Source: Callorhinchus milii (lineage: Eukaryota). From it: a stretch of 64,000 nucleotides of DNA. Below the pieces are notes generated by a model. It was not told the origin of the DNA and searched no databases. It worked only from the letters and a program-made list of their open reading frames with translations. Below are positions 38,170 to 50,525 of the stretch, piece after piece. Each line of letters starts with the position of its first letter. The first letter of the stretch is position 1. Where the stretch lies: NCBI RefSeq assembly GCF_018977255.1, contig NW_024704743.1:4528001-4592000 (forward strand), in the 5' to 3' direction. The translations under genes were made by a program, and so were the position numbers.

Positions 38170-38920
38170 CCACGCACACACACACACACACACACACACG
38201 CATACACACACATCCACACGCACACACACATCCACACACACACACACATCCACACGCATACACACACATCCACACACACACATCCACACACACACATCCA
38301 CGCGCATACACACACATCCACACGCACACACACATCCACACACACACACACACATCCATCCGCCCACACACACATCCACATGCACACACACATCCATACA
38401 CACACACATCCACACGCGCACACACACATCCACACACATACACATCCACACACACCTACACACTCACACATCCACACACATACACATCCACACACACTTA
38501 CACACTTGCTTATCGACACACACACACTCGCACATCCACACACACATACAATCCACACACACACACTCACACATCCACACATTCACACATCCACACACAT
38601 ACACATCCACACACGCCTACACACTCACACATCCACACACACACTCACACATCCACACATTCACACATCCACACACATACACATCCACACATACACCTAC
38701 ACACTTGCACATCCACACACCTACACACTTGCACATCCACACACACATACATACTCACACATCCACACACACATCCACACACACCTACACACTCACACAT
38801 CCACACGCACACATACATACCTACACGTTCACACATCCACACACGCACATCCACACATACCTACACACTTGCACATCCACATCCACACACATACACACAC
38901 ACACATATGCATCCGCACAT
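38170..38920. repeat. Degenerate CA-rich (CACACATC) minisatellite of about 750 bp
   Basis: Direct inspection; source of the His/Thr and Val/Cys ORFs. Confidence 0.95.
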
Positions 38921-38921
38921 C

Positions 38922-39558
38922 AATAATAATAATAATAATCCTTGCATTTGATAAAGTGCCTTATCACATCTTCGAGACGTCTCAAAGCGCTTCACCGGAT
39001 ATACTGTAAAGGGAATTGACTGTATATTTTGTGGGCAAAACATGGCAGCCAATTGCGCACAGCAGCGTCCCGCCAACAGTCGTGGTTTGAGTGACCAATT
39101 TTTTTTAAGGAATTCTTACCCCGGAAAAGTGACCCGCCAATTGACTAACAACCGGGTTCCTACTTACTGCTGGGTAAACAGAGGCGTGTGGAGTAAGGAA
39201 ACTTGCCCAGGCAGGGCGAAACCTTGGGCAAGTTTCCTTACTCCACACAGAGCCTAATAATAATCCCTTCAAAAACCAAAAACAATAATTAATTGGTCAT
39301 TTTCAATCTACGACTGTTTGTGGGACATTGCTGTGCGCAATTGGCTGCCGCGTTCGCCCACAAATATACAGTCAATTCACTTTGCAGTATGTTCTGTGAA
39401 GCGCTTTGGGACGTCCTCCCGACGTGAAAAGCGCTATATCAAATGCAAGGATTATTATTATTATTATTATTGCCCAAAGTTTCTCTCTGCCCAGGAATCA
39501 AACCCGGGTCCTCTCGCTTGCGAGGCGAGTGCGCTAACCACTGAGCCACAGGATCCCA
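38922..39558 (-). mobile_element. Long-subfamily SINE interrupted by a younger SINE
   Basis: Tail and body at 38922-39209; head resumes at 39470-39558. Confidence 0.88.
39210..39469 (+). mobile_element. 5'-truncated young SINE with TTGCCCA TSD
   Basis: TTGCCCA at 39203-39209 and 39470-39476; L2-identical tail. Confidence 0.9.
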
Positions 39559-40319
39559 CCATGGCTAGTGTTCAGGAGTGGCTGGCCTTTCCCTCTCCAG
39601 CACGACCTTCCCCTGATGCCCAACAGGCCAGTTAACAGTGCCTTTAGCTAGTTACAGTTGTGTGGTACCTTTAGCTGGGTACATGGCAGTGGAGTTAGGC
39701 GGCTGCAATACAGGGCGACCCCGTTATAATGTGCTTGTTTTTTTTTGTCCAGTGTCTCGGCCCCTGCATTATAATTAAATACAAATAAAAGGCTGCGTTC
39801 TGGGTCATCGGGCCACCGCTGATGTCACTTCCAGCACATGGCCCAAAAAGTGCTGCTGTTGGCATTTTCTGTAGACCGCGGGCACCTGCTATGCTTCCTC
39901 CACAAAGTGACGTCGTTGGCAAGTTAACCCACAATTTCCCCTTTTGTTTTAGAAAAAAATCAGGAAGTTAATTAATCAGCACAGGATGTCTCTGATTAGC
40001 ACCGGTCTCCTCGGGGGAGTGGGGGTGGGCGAGAGGGGCCTATGGTTTGTTCTAACTGGGTTCAACGGTTGTCTGAATCATTAGGTTACGGTATAGCTTG
40101 AACTTCGCTTGGAAACAACCGTTTGCTTTTTCCTTTTTTTAAAAAAAAAACCCCAATAGATTGTTTGTGCTGTTGGGCTGTTTGTGTACAGCAATGCCAT
40201 TCCCTGTCCTCGGCCGGAGAGAACATTTGTGACGGTATTAACGCGTTGCAACAACAAGAAGAGATTTTTGTTTTGCTTTGCAGGGTTCCCAGTACTTGGT
40301 GTATGGTGTGTATAGGCTG

Positions 40320-41130
40320 GCGAGGCGCGAGCATTCTCGCCTCTGAGTCAGAAGGTTGCGGATTCAACAGCAAGATTATGTTTGTACTGCTCCTTTCACG
40401 TCGGGAGGACGTCCCAAGGCGCTGGACAATCAGTGATTCGGACTCGAGCTGGGGGTGGTGAGGGGGGGGTGCACGAAATCGGGGAGGGTAGGGGGCAGTG
40501 GGGGAAGGAGGGTGGTCGAAGGTACGATCGAGGGGGCGAGGCAGAGGGGCTGCGGGATGGAGTTCCAGCGGGTGGGGGCGGAGAAGCAGGGAGTTTGCGT
40601 AGTCGAGCCTGGATGTTATGAATGCGTGTATGAGGCTCTCGGCGGCCTGCGGTGTGAGACAGCGGCGGAGCTGGGGCGATGTTGCGGAGGTGGGGGAAGG
40701 CAGAGGGGGTCATGGCACGGATGTGGGGTACGATGGACAGTTGAGGGTCGAACAGGGCGCCCAGGTTCCGTACGGACATAGTCTAGGCTGACGTTCCAGT
40801 GCAGGCGTGTGTGCTGCACTGTCGGAGGTGCCGTCCTTCGGGTGAGACATTAACCCGAGGTCTCGTCTGCCTATTCAGGCGGTCGTCTAAAGATTCCCCC
40901 GGCGCAATTCGAAAAAAGAATGGCGTTTCTGTCTCCCGGTGTCCTGTCCAACAACCCCCCACATACTTGCGGGGCGTCGCCGTGCGCAATCGGCTGCCGC
41001 GTTTCGCCCGCCAAAAAAAAAAGCGCGGTCAATCCACTTTACAGTGTCTCCTGTGAAGCGTCCTTTGAGACGTCTCGACGATGTGATGAGGCGCTGTGTC
41101 AAATACAAGGATTCTTCTGATTATTTATTA
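40320..41130 (+). mobile_element. DeuSINE-like element split by an internally deleted L2 fragment (about 40370-40780, minus)
   Basis: Head ctcgcctctgagtcagaaggttg at about 40335; L2 tail and VRNLGALFDPQLS; Deu body resumes at ctaggctgac...gtcggaggtgccgtc. Confidence 0.8.
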
Positions 41131-43084
41131 TTGGAACGCGCAGGCTGTAACGTGCTGCGTCGCAACGAGATATCAAAGGGTTGAGTTGACCTCACGAAAC
41201 CGAGAGCGCAAAGCCAAAGTGGGTCTCAACATTCCTGTCGAGCACAACCCACAAATTTGTTGATAGTATGTACCTAATCCTCGCTTTGCAGTTACTCTCT
41301 TTGATCGGGCCTCTCACCCCGATCCTGGTCTGAGCCGATGCTGATCATCTTTGCTGAGGTTGTGCAGGGAGGGGGAAATTTACCTGGCCTTTCCCCCCTC
41401 TTTCCCCCCCCTACCCCCCATCTCCCTTGCCCTCCATCCCTCTTCATTCCAACCCCCAGCTTGAGTCTCTACTGTCCAGCTCCTAGTTGAAAGGCGCTCC
41501 ATACGTGATCCTGGTTCCTTGTTCAGCACCCTCTACAATAATAACAGTAATAATAATCCTTGCATTTGATACAGCGCCTTAGCGAGTCTTCAAGACGTCT
41601 CAAAGCTCTTCACTGTAAAGCGGACCGACTGCGGATTTTGCGGGAGAAACGCACATCTTGCTCGACCCGCGCCCCCCGGTTGACGTGACGAAAGATTGTA
41701 GCTGAGCGAATTGCGCTGAAACACATGTGCGTTGTGCTTTCATAGATTATACATAGAATGAGTAACATGTCGCGAATGTCCTCGACCTTAGGGATGTGCT
41801 GACAGTTCACAAATGACGCAAACTGGGGATACAGTTGAAAACTGGAGAGGGGTGGCGGAGGGGGGAGGTGGGGAGAAACACAGAAAGGCAAATTACTCGC
41901 TGCTCAATGTTAAGTTTAATATCTCGACCGACGAGCTCTTGGGGAGAAAAGGCGGAAACTACAGGGAGTGGGGTAACGGGAGGTGAATGAGACGAAAGGA
42001 TTGTTGTTCAAAATAGCCAGAACAGGTACAATACAACGGACCGAATGGCCTTCGGTGCTGGATATTTCTACGGTTCTGTGACATTATCACTTCAAACAAT
42101 GCGCTCTAAATTGCTTGAGTTTCACTGTGGTGGTTGAATCAACGTCTTTTCGACTCACAAGTCGTGCTGGATCTTAGAGCCAGATGCAGACAGTGGGGTT
42201 ATGGATAATAGAGTCAATTCACTTTACAGTCTGTTCCGTGAAGCGCTTTGAGACGGCGAGAAGATGTGAAAAGCGCTGTATCAAATGCAACTATTATTAT
42301 TATTTTGCCTTTCATATCAAAAGGAAGGGCTCTAAACGCGTTTCCCAGGATGTATTGCAAAGTGTACTTGCAGCGAACCGGTGTAAACTACACGTGTTTC
42401 AGCTTCGCTCAGGTGACAGAGCTATTTCCTTGGGGATCAGAAGGTTGTGGGTTCAAGTCCAACATGGGAACTTGAGCTAGAGTCTCGGCAGACACTCCAG
42501 TAACAGTGCTTTGTTGCCCTCTGGATGAGACTTTTTAAACAAGATCCCAAAAGTTACCCGCGGGCCACAGATAGTATGCGACACGGCTGTACTTGCACAC
42601 TGTTAATGCACGCCGTGAGACACACCCCATCGCGGATTCAATTAATTTAAATTAAAGGAGGGAGGCTGCATTCAGTTTTTTTAAGGTACATTTTGACTGT
42701 GTGTTGACAGATTGTTGACAAGTGATTTGGCACTGCACTGACGTTTTTTTTAATCACGGAGGGTATTTGCATCCCTCTTTGATCATTTTTATTTTAGGGG
42801 CTGCTGGAATAGATATGATACGATACCTGAATAAAGTTCCAACAGAGACCTGAAAAGCCATTGGCTTCTACTCAAGCCCATTTATCAGCAATGTATTGCT
42901 CACGTCAGCCCAGCTTTTGTTGTATTGAAGTGGCGTTGACGTTTCCTGTAAGAGCAAAATCTTTGAGGATTTAGACGCCTGCAGTAAGTCCAGCCTTCAG
43001 TTAAGGTGTATTAACCAATACTTCAGCCAGACACACCATCTGGGCTGGCGTTGACTACAGCTTTTGCCGTGCTTGACGCAACCC

Positions 43085-43390
43085 CCAGAACAAAACAATC
43101 ACAAATTGCATTTATCTAGCGCCTTTCGTATCGGCAGGACGTCTTAAAGCGCTTCACAGGATTTGCTGTAAAGTGTGGTGACTGCGTGTTTTTGTAGGGG
43201 AACCTGGCAGCCAATTTGTGTACGGCAATGTTTTACAAACCGCCGCGAAGCGAAGGACCATGTTTGTCTGGGGGATTGTTTGCCAAGACACCGGTAGAAA
43301 CTTGCTTTCCTCTTCGAATGGTTCCGTGGGATCTTCAAGGTGTACTCGGTCAGGCAGTCATGACCTCGGTTTAACGTCTCATCTGAGGGA
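43085..43390 (-). mobile_element. DeuSINE-like element
   Basis: L2-type tail, ggcagccaatttgtg, cctcggtttaacgtctcatctga. Confidence 0.75.
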
Positions 43391-44039
43391 GGAAGTCTTC
43401 ATCAAGCCACAGCTCCTCCAACACTGTGGGTGAGGCTGAATGGATTAGATTCAAACACGGTTCAAAATTGGACAGTCGGTGCATCTTTCCTGACGTAAGG
43501 CCACGAATAGTTTCCTTTCCTCTCTCTTTTTACATAAAGAGAACAGTTTGCAGTCCTTGGCAAGTCCTGTGTTCACTGTTGAATCCCGCAGTCACTGCAC
43601 TGATTGCCAACTTAGCTATTCTTCCTGTGCTAGAGTTGCCACACGCTACGTATGTGCGTGTCAGATTGGGTTGCTGTTCCTTCTTCAACTGCGTAAAACT
43701 ACAGAATAAGGAAAGCCTTTATTTTTTTCTTCGTGGGCTAGGGCAGATGGCTGCACACGCAATTGATAAGCCAATTGCTGGCAACAAAACAACCATAAGC
43801 TGCTTGACGGCAGCGGAAAACAGTTTATTTTTTAATAACCTTTTTTTTTACTTCCAAAGGTTTTTCTTGGAATCGTGGTTCTCTTGTTTTTTTTAAGGGA
43901 GCAGTTTACTAAACATCGACTTTTATGTGTCATATTTATGTCGGATTTTTTCCCCAGCCCTGAACGCCAGCATTAGGTGATGCGACCCTATGAATGGGAT
44001 GGTTTCTATTCTGGAATTAAACAGAAGAGTATTTGGGTT

Positions 44040-44300
44040 CAGTGCGTTGGATCTCATTGACTTGAGCTCCAGTAGAATTGCCAAGTGACCTAAATAGGTC
44101 ACCTCTTTGTGTCATATGACTTTGGCACCCTGGTTGTAACCACTGAGCTCACAAAGGCTTCTTTTCTTTTTTATTCAAGGTTTGGGTGGATGTAAAGAAG
44201 GAAACAGCTGATTCCTTTCTTTCATTGGGGTCAAATATTTGACTTAATATGTCACGGTCGAAAGCTATATAAAGACCCAGTCAAGTGTCAAACGTTGTTT
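44040..44300 (+). promoter_or_regulatory. Candidate TATA promoter with double RORE and FOXA-type palindrome
   Basis: GTGACCTAAATAGGTCAC 44085-44102; GTCATATGAC 44111-44120; GTCAAATATTTGAC 44230-44243; TATATAAAG 44266-44274. Confidence 0.45.
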
Positions 44301-44699
44301 AATGCTGCCCTGTTTTTACTGTACAGTACTTCTGAAATAGGAGCTTGTTGTTTTCAGTGATGGGGCCACTCCCATTGGAAGACCCTTATTTTCCACAGCT
44401 ACTTTGGTCAGAGAATATAAATAGATTCCTGCAACTGATTATGCGCTACTGGGCGAATTTTACAAGAGATGCAAACGATGGGTGAACAGGCAGGAATAAA
44501 ATATGGGCGCGCATCGCGCCAGTCCGTTAGTAGAGAGTTAAGGGGAGAGATCATTTCTCCCCAAAAAGACAAAGGCTGTAAGTATTAGGGGAGAAATTAA
44601 TGCTCGAATGGTTGTCTGAGGAGTAACAGGATGGTGCAGGAGAGATGAGCTGCAGATAGACTGACTTTTACTACAGAAAATTGCCTGTCTTTAGACTAC

Positions 44700-44920
44700 T
44701 GGATGGGGAGGGGATGATGGTGGTGGGAGGAAGGTGAGAGGGGGGAAGGAAGGTGAGAGGGGGGAAAGTGAGGGGGGGGCAAGGTTAGAGGCGGTAAGCG
44801 AGTGGGGGGAAGGGTGAGAGGCAGGTAGGTGAGTGGGAGGAAGGTGAGAGAGGAGGAAAATGAGAAGGGGAAGATGAGAGGGGGGAAGGTGAGAGGGTGA
44901 CGGGGGGGGGGTGGGGAGGA
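44700..44920. repeat. Polypurine GAAGGTGAGAGGGG-type repeat
   Basis: Several imperfect gaaggtgagag units with G-runs. Confidence 0.85.
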
Positions 44921-44929
44921 ACCGCAATG

Positions 44930-45470
44930 GAGATCAAGGAAATTTGCTTCGTTCAATGAATAAGTAAGACAAATGCAGAAAAAATTAGAAATACGAGGAA
45001 CTTCAATAGCAGCTGAGCAGTGTGGATTCAGAAAGGGGTCGATACTCAGTGAATTAGATGATGTTTTACCAATATAGGAGGAAATTGCAGGGGATCTTGT
45101 ACACTTGACCTTTTTAAAAAAAACACCTGTTGACGGCGTGCCATACAGGTGACGGATTCCCAAAGCACTGTCTCGGGAGTTGAATCGGAGCTGCCGGATG
45201 GAAACCGGGCTCAAAAGAAGGGCGCAGAGAGTGAAGTGTACAAGTCACTTAGAAGAGACACTGAAAATAGGATCACCCGATGTCGCGGATTACACTGAGA
45301 CTGGAGGCAGGACAAATAACAATGCGCAATGGACCCAGATTCAGGCTGTTCCAATTGACGGCAAATACAGTTCCTGTGTACACGAGTGTAACATGTTAGC
45401 ATGGGAATAGGGAACCGGAATAAGGCAATGCTCGTTGAACAAAATTGTTGTCGACTGTATGAATGAATAA
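44930..45470 (+). mobile_element. Highly degenerate CR1 RT-region fragment
   Basis: gcagtgtggattcagaaaggg, cttgacctttttaaaaa...ttgacggcgtgccatac, tggcagg...aatgcagttcaat-like segments. Confidence 0.5.
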
Positions 45471-45930
45471 CAATAATAATAATAATCGTTGCATTTGATA
45501 TTAGGACTTACTGTAAAGTCGAGTGACTGCGGGTACGTGTGAGTGAACCCGGCAGCCAATTGCACGCTCAGCGACATTCCCACGAGCAGCCATGAAGCGA
45601 ACGGCCGCTTCTGTTTGGGGGATTGTCGATCGGGACATCGGGAGAAACCCCACTCCTCTTACCGAGTAGTGACGTGGAATCTTTAAAGTCCGCCCTTAAC
45701 ATCTCACCTGAAGGGCAGCACCTCAGACAGCGCCATATAAACCCCCAGCGCTGCACTGGAGTTCAGCAGAAACTATTTGAGTTCAAGTCCCGACGTGGGG
45801 CTTGAACTCACATAGTTTCCGCTGGGCTCCAGTGCAAGTCCCGACGTGGGGCTTGAACTCACATAGTTTCTGCTGGACTCCAGTGCAAGTCTCGACGTGG
45901 GGCTTGAACTCCGACCTTGTGACTTTGAGC
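45470..45930 (-). mobile_element. DeuSINE-like element with internal inversion and 51-bp triplication
   Basis: Tail, Deu body; hairpin at 45752-45836; units starting at 45784, 45835 and 45886. Confidence 0.8.
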
Positions 45931-46344
45931 CCAAATAACACACTTTTCCACCGACAACGATTGCTGTCCATTGTGTTTAGATATAACTGAAGCTTCAAAC
46001 TCATGCGATCATTTGAATGGTTTGTTTTCATTGGGATGAGCCAAATTTACAAACATATCTTGACTTTAGGACGCTTCTAAGATTTTCCTTTGCACAGAAC
46101 ACCGTTGGCCAAGAAACTCCCTTCTCTCTTTGTACGTTAGTGGGGGATACTTAAGGTCCAACGAGCTCATCAATGGGAAACAGTCATTTGTTTTTGGTTG
46201 CCTGAAGCAGATCACCTTAAATAAATAATTGAGCATGTCCTGGGAATGGAACAAGCTTTTTTTTTTTCCGGGTGTCATTCATCAAGTGCTCTGGGATGCT
46301 GCCCTGTGTGAGGGGCAAGTTTGTTGTTGTTGTTGTTGTCAAGA

Positions 46345-46530
46345 CAAAACAATAAATTGGTCATTTCAATCCGCAGCTGTTTGTGGGGACGCTGCTGTGC
46401 GCAATTGGCTGCCGCATTTCGCCCACAAATATACAGGCAATTCACTTTGCAGTTTATTCTGTGAAGCGCTTCGAGACGTCTCGAAGACGTGAAAAGCGCC
46501 ATATCAAATGCAAGGATTATTATGATTATT
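46345..46530 (+). mobile_element. SINE 3' half
   Basis: aaattggtcatttcaatcc through aaatgcaaggattatt. Confidence 0.85.
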
Positions 46531-46694
46531 AAAACAATGCCCAGCCTTGCTTGCACCAACTTCCCCGAATATGATACAGAGCAGAAAATAAGCCTGTTTC
46601 AACCATAGTGCGAATAAATCGCAGCTCCTACCTCTTTGAAACCTTATGAAAGTTTCCTTACTCCACACGTCTCTGTTTGAGAGGTGTGCAGACA

Positions 46695-47205
46695 TCATCT
46701 GGAACTCTGCAGCCCGTGTCCTCTCCCGCACCAGGCTCCGTGACCCCTATCACCCCCATCGTCGCCCGACTCCACTGGCTTCCCATCACACAGAGGATAC
46801 GGTTCAAGATCCTGGTCCTCACCTTCAAAGCCCTCCGTGGCATCGCTACCCCATGCCTCTGCGACCTCCTAACCCCTTTACCAACCTTCCCGCACCCTCC
46901 ACTCAACGGGCTCCGGCCTGCTTCATGTCCCCCGCCTCGCCCACCCCACCATTGGCGGGCAGGCCTTCTGCCACTCTACCCCCACCCTCTGGAACTCCAT
47001 CCCGCAGTCCCTCTGCTTCGGCCCCTCCCGTGCCTCCTTCACGACCCGTCTCAAGACCCTCCTCTTTGACTGTGCCTTCGATCACCCTCCCCGAACCCGA
47101 CACCCAGCTCGGGTCCGAAACATTGATCGCCCAGCGCCTCGGGATGTCCTCCTGACATGAAAGGCACTGTACACCTGTAATTTTGTTGTTGTTGTTGTTG
47201 TTGTT
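46695..47205 (+). mobile_element. L2 3' fragment of about 500 bp, apparently inserted in a SINE (body at 46650-46680 resumes at 47205-47385)
   Basis: NSAARVLSRTRLRD, LHWLPITQRIRFKILVLTFKAL, stem-loop, (TTG)n tail. Confidence 0.9.
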
Positions 47206-47837
47206 TCCCTAGCAGTAAGCTGGAACCTGGCTGTTAGCTGATTGGCGGATCGCTTTCCGGGGGCAATAATCCCTCCAAAAAAAATACAGAGTCAAACCAC
47301 TTTACAATATATTCAGTGAGATGCTTTGAAAGATGGCAACGATGTGATAAGGCGCTATATCAAATACAAGGTATTTTTATTATTTGACTGGGTTTTTGGT
47401 CATCTTTTCCCCTCCCCAATCCCTGCTCCCCCTCAGCTCCCACCCTCAGCTCAGGAGCCCAGGTAGTAGTGTCAAGGGCTTTGTATTATATTGCAATAAG
47501 TACTCAGAATTGCTACGTTTATCCCAAATGTTTCTCCTAATCATTGACATGGTCAGCTTGGCACAGGTTGCTTTTGCCCAAACAAAAATTGTCGTAAGCT
47601 CACAAGTTCAAGCCGTTATTTCATGACTGGGAATCGAATCAAAGTCTAGTCTAGTCTCAATTTGGAATAAAGGTTCAACACTGCTTAATAATCCTTGAAT
47701 TTGATGCAGATGTTATTTATCTCTGACATACTTTTCTTTGATTAGTGCCTTATACATTTGAGATACCTTGAAGCATCTCAAAGCGCTTCACACTGCAAAG
47801 TGCAGTGACTGTGCTTCGTAGGTGAATGCAAGTATTG

Positions 47838-48156
47838 ATAATAATCCTTGCATTTGATATAGCGCCTTATCACGTCTTCGAGACATCTCAAAGCGCTTCA
47901 CAGAATATACTGTAAAGTGAATTGACTCTGCATTTTGTAGGTGAAATGTGGCAGCCAATTGCATATAGCAGTGTCCCACAAACAGTCATGGATTGAAGTG
48001 ACCAATTTATTATTTTTTTGAAGGGATTATTACACCCGGAAAAGCGATCCACCGATCGACTAACAACCGTGTTCCTACTTACTGCTGGGTAAACAGAGGT
48101 GCGTGGAGTAGGGAAACTTCCCCAACATTTCACCCTGTCGGGAATCGAACCCAGTA
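47838..48156 (-). mobile_element. tRNA-SINE long subfamily, partly 5' truncated
   Basis: Tail, body, B box ggaatcgaaccc. Confidence 0.9.
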
Positions 48157-48809
48157 CCAAACGGAGCTCAGAATGCTAATAATACCATTAATAATAATCC
48201 TTGCATTTGATACAGCACCTTTGAGACATCTCAATGCACTTCACAGAATATATCACAGTATATATCTGAAGTGGGTCGAGACGTCTCAAAGCACTTCACA
48301 GAATTTACTGGGAACTGAGTTGCCCACAAACAGACATGAAGTGAATGACCAATTTTCTTAGCTGTGTGCAAATGCCAGAAGGAGAACAGGAGTTTGACCA
48401 TGAGGGAAACGAAGGAGAATGATCCTCTGGCTGCTTTTCACTGATCTTCCATGTTCAAGGCAGGATAGGCGCAAGCCAGAAAGCGGGTTGGCCACATCTA
48501 GTCTTGAGGGCTACAGATCAGAAGAGAGAGAGAGAGAAGAGAGAGAGAGAGGAACGAGGCATTCTTCACCTCAAACCAATTGCAGAGTGAAATATATGTT
48601 GTTCACTGACAAACGCAGTCTCTAAACTTTGCAGCAAATCATGTGAAGCGCCTGAAGATGTTTCAACCACGTAACAAGGTGCTAATGTCAAATGCAAGGA
48701 TCACCATCAATGCCATGTGCGTGGATAGGGGGAGTTTCTGTTGTGCTGAACTTTACAGTTTAATAACCTGATCCTTGGGTTGTTTTTGTTTCGTACGTTC
48801 TCTCTGTAG

Positions 48810-49068
48810 TTAAAGAATTTTGATCCTCAGAATATGTTCCTCAAGAGATGGAGAGATGGGTTTTGCATGACTGTGCGCGAGAGAGGAACTTGGAACAGAA
48901 CACACCAAAGCCCCACTGATATATTCTTTGTAACTCGTACGAGCCTAATTGAATGAAATGTGTTGATACGGCATTTACTAGGGATGAAATGATCATGGAT
49001 CTGGCTCGGGAGCGAATTAATCAGCGAGCAAGACCGGATTGCACAGGAAGAAAGAGTAGGCAGCGATG
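48810..49068 (+). other. Candidate 259-nt exon, possibly containing a start codon
   Basis: Acceptor gtttttgtttcgtacgttctctctgtag, donor ATG|gtatgt; ATG at 48953 opens MKCVDTAFTRDEMIMDLARERINQRARPDCTGRKSRQR to the donor (phase 2); no frame is open across the whole exon. Confidence 0.45.
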
Positions 49069-50147
49069 GTATGTGGGAACAAATTTGCCTGTCAGTGAAT
49101 CAATGACATCCTCTCTGAACTGACAGGTCATGCATGAGTGGTGACTCAGACCACAGTGTGCCTGTTCGTTCAGTTTTACAGTCAAACCACCAAGCATACA
49201 AGTAAAGGCGGGTGCTGGGATGTAAAAGTCGGGCTCGGGTTTGTTTACCTTAAGTTGGACGTTAGGTACGAAATTGTTGGCTTTTTTTTAACGCTTTTTT
49301 TAAAGCTTTTTTAAAGCATTAACTGTCTTTTGCGGGTATTAATGAATCACTCTGCAGGGTGTCCCGTGAAGCACTTTGGGACGTCCTCCCGACGCGAAGG
49401 GTGCTATTGCAAATGCGATAGTTATTTGTAACCCTCTTTTCAATTTTCAGTCTTCCAACATTGCATTCTTTGATCTGCGCTGTTCGGTTATTTTTTACAC
49501 ACTGTACTTTATTCTGTGCATTCCTCAAATACCACTCCGTGATATTTTTAAAATCCTGACGTGCGAAGCATGCAGACCGCCTCAGCTCCATCGGAGGAAG
49601 GCAGGCAGTGCCGGCATTTGTTTTTTTTTAACTAACTTCTGAGGTCATGCATTTGCCCGCGAACTTTGCGCTTGAACCACAGGTCCAACGTTTGAGGGGT
49701 CAGCTCTCTCGGCGAAAACTTGTGCCGTGAATTTAAGACGCTGGCTCCGAGCGAAAGGGCGCTAAAAAAAAGACAAAGTTGTCGTCCTCGTTGATGGTAT
49801 CAGGAAACACCACAATCCTTAAGATTACCTAATTCCGGAGAGCGTTAGGCGGAGGTCCAAATGCAACTGGTGTGTGACGGCGCAGCGAGGAGAGCTCATA
49901 AGGTAGCAGGAAATTTCGGCTTCGCTTATCCCAAGTGACATCGACCAGACCTGTTCTTGTTTTATATGACAATACAATCAGGCAACTAACCCTACAATGA
50001 GAGACCAAGTAACTATATCATATAACTATATCACTATACCCAGAGTTGAGGTGATTTGATCGAGGTGTTTAAAGTAAAGACTTGACCAAGTAGATCACGG
50101 ATGACTTCTCCCTCGTAGGGTAATGCAGAACAAGAAGATGTAATCTT

Positions 50148-50525
50148 GTGGAGTCCTGTAGCTTTGTTGTTAGAGCACTCGCCTCGCAAGCAAGAGAACA
50201 TGGGTTCGATTCCCAGGCAGGGCGAAACGTTGGGCAAGTTTCCTTACTCCACACGCCTCTGTTTACCTAGCAATAAGTAGGAACCTGGTTGTTAGTCGAT
50301 TGGTGAATCACTTTTCTAGGGGTACTAATCCCTTCCAAAAAAATAATAATAATAATAATTTGGTCACTCAATCCACGACTGTTTGTGGGATGCGGCTGTA
50401 CGGAATTGGCTGCCCCGTTTCGCCCACAACATTTGCAGTCAATTCACTTTACAGTATATTCTGTGTCGCGCTTCGATCGTCTCGTGGATGTGATCAAACG
50501 CAAGGATTAATAGTATTACTATTAT
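50148..50525 (+). mobile_element. Full-length tRNA-SINE, long subfamily
   Basis: Head, body, degenerate tail. Confidence 0.9.

Noticed and set aside
37828..39009. Long His/Thr-rich and Val/Cys-rich ORFs
   Set aside because: Translations of the CA minisatellite
44360..44485. Short ORF containing MRYWANFTR, resembling a cholinesterase/carboxylesterase motif
   Set aside because: Flanking residues do not fit the family, it stops a few codons later, and no other esterase exons were seen
45784..45911. CRISPR-like regularly spaced palindromic repeats
   Set aside because: The spacers are near-identical copies, the sequence derives from a SINE, the context is eukaryotic and there are no cas genes
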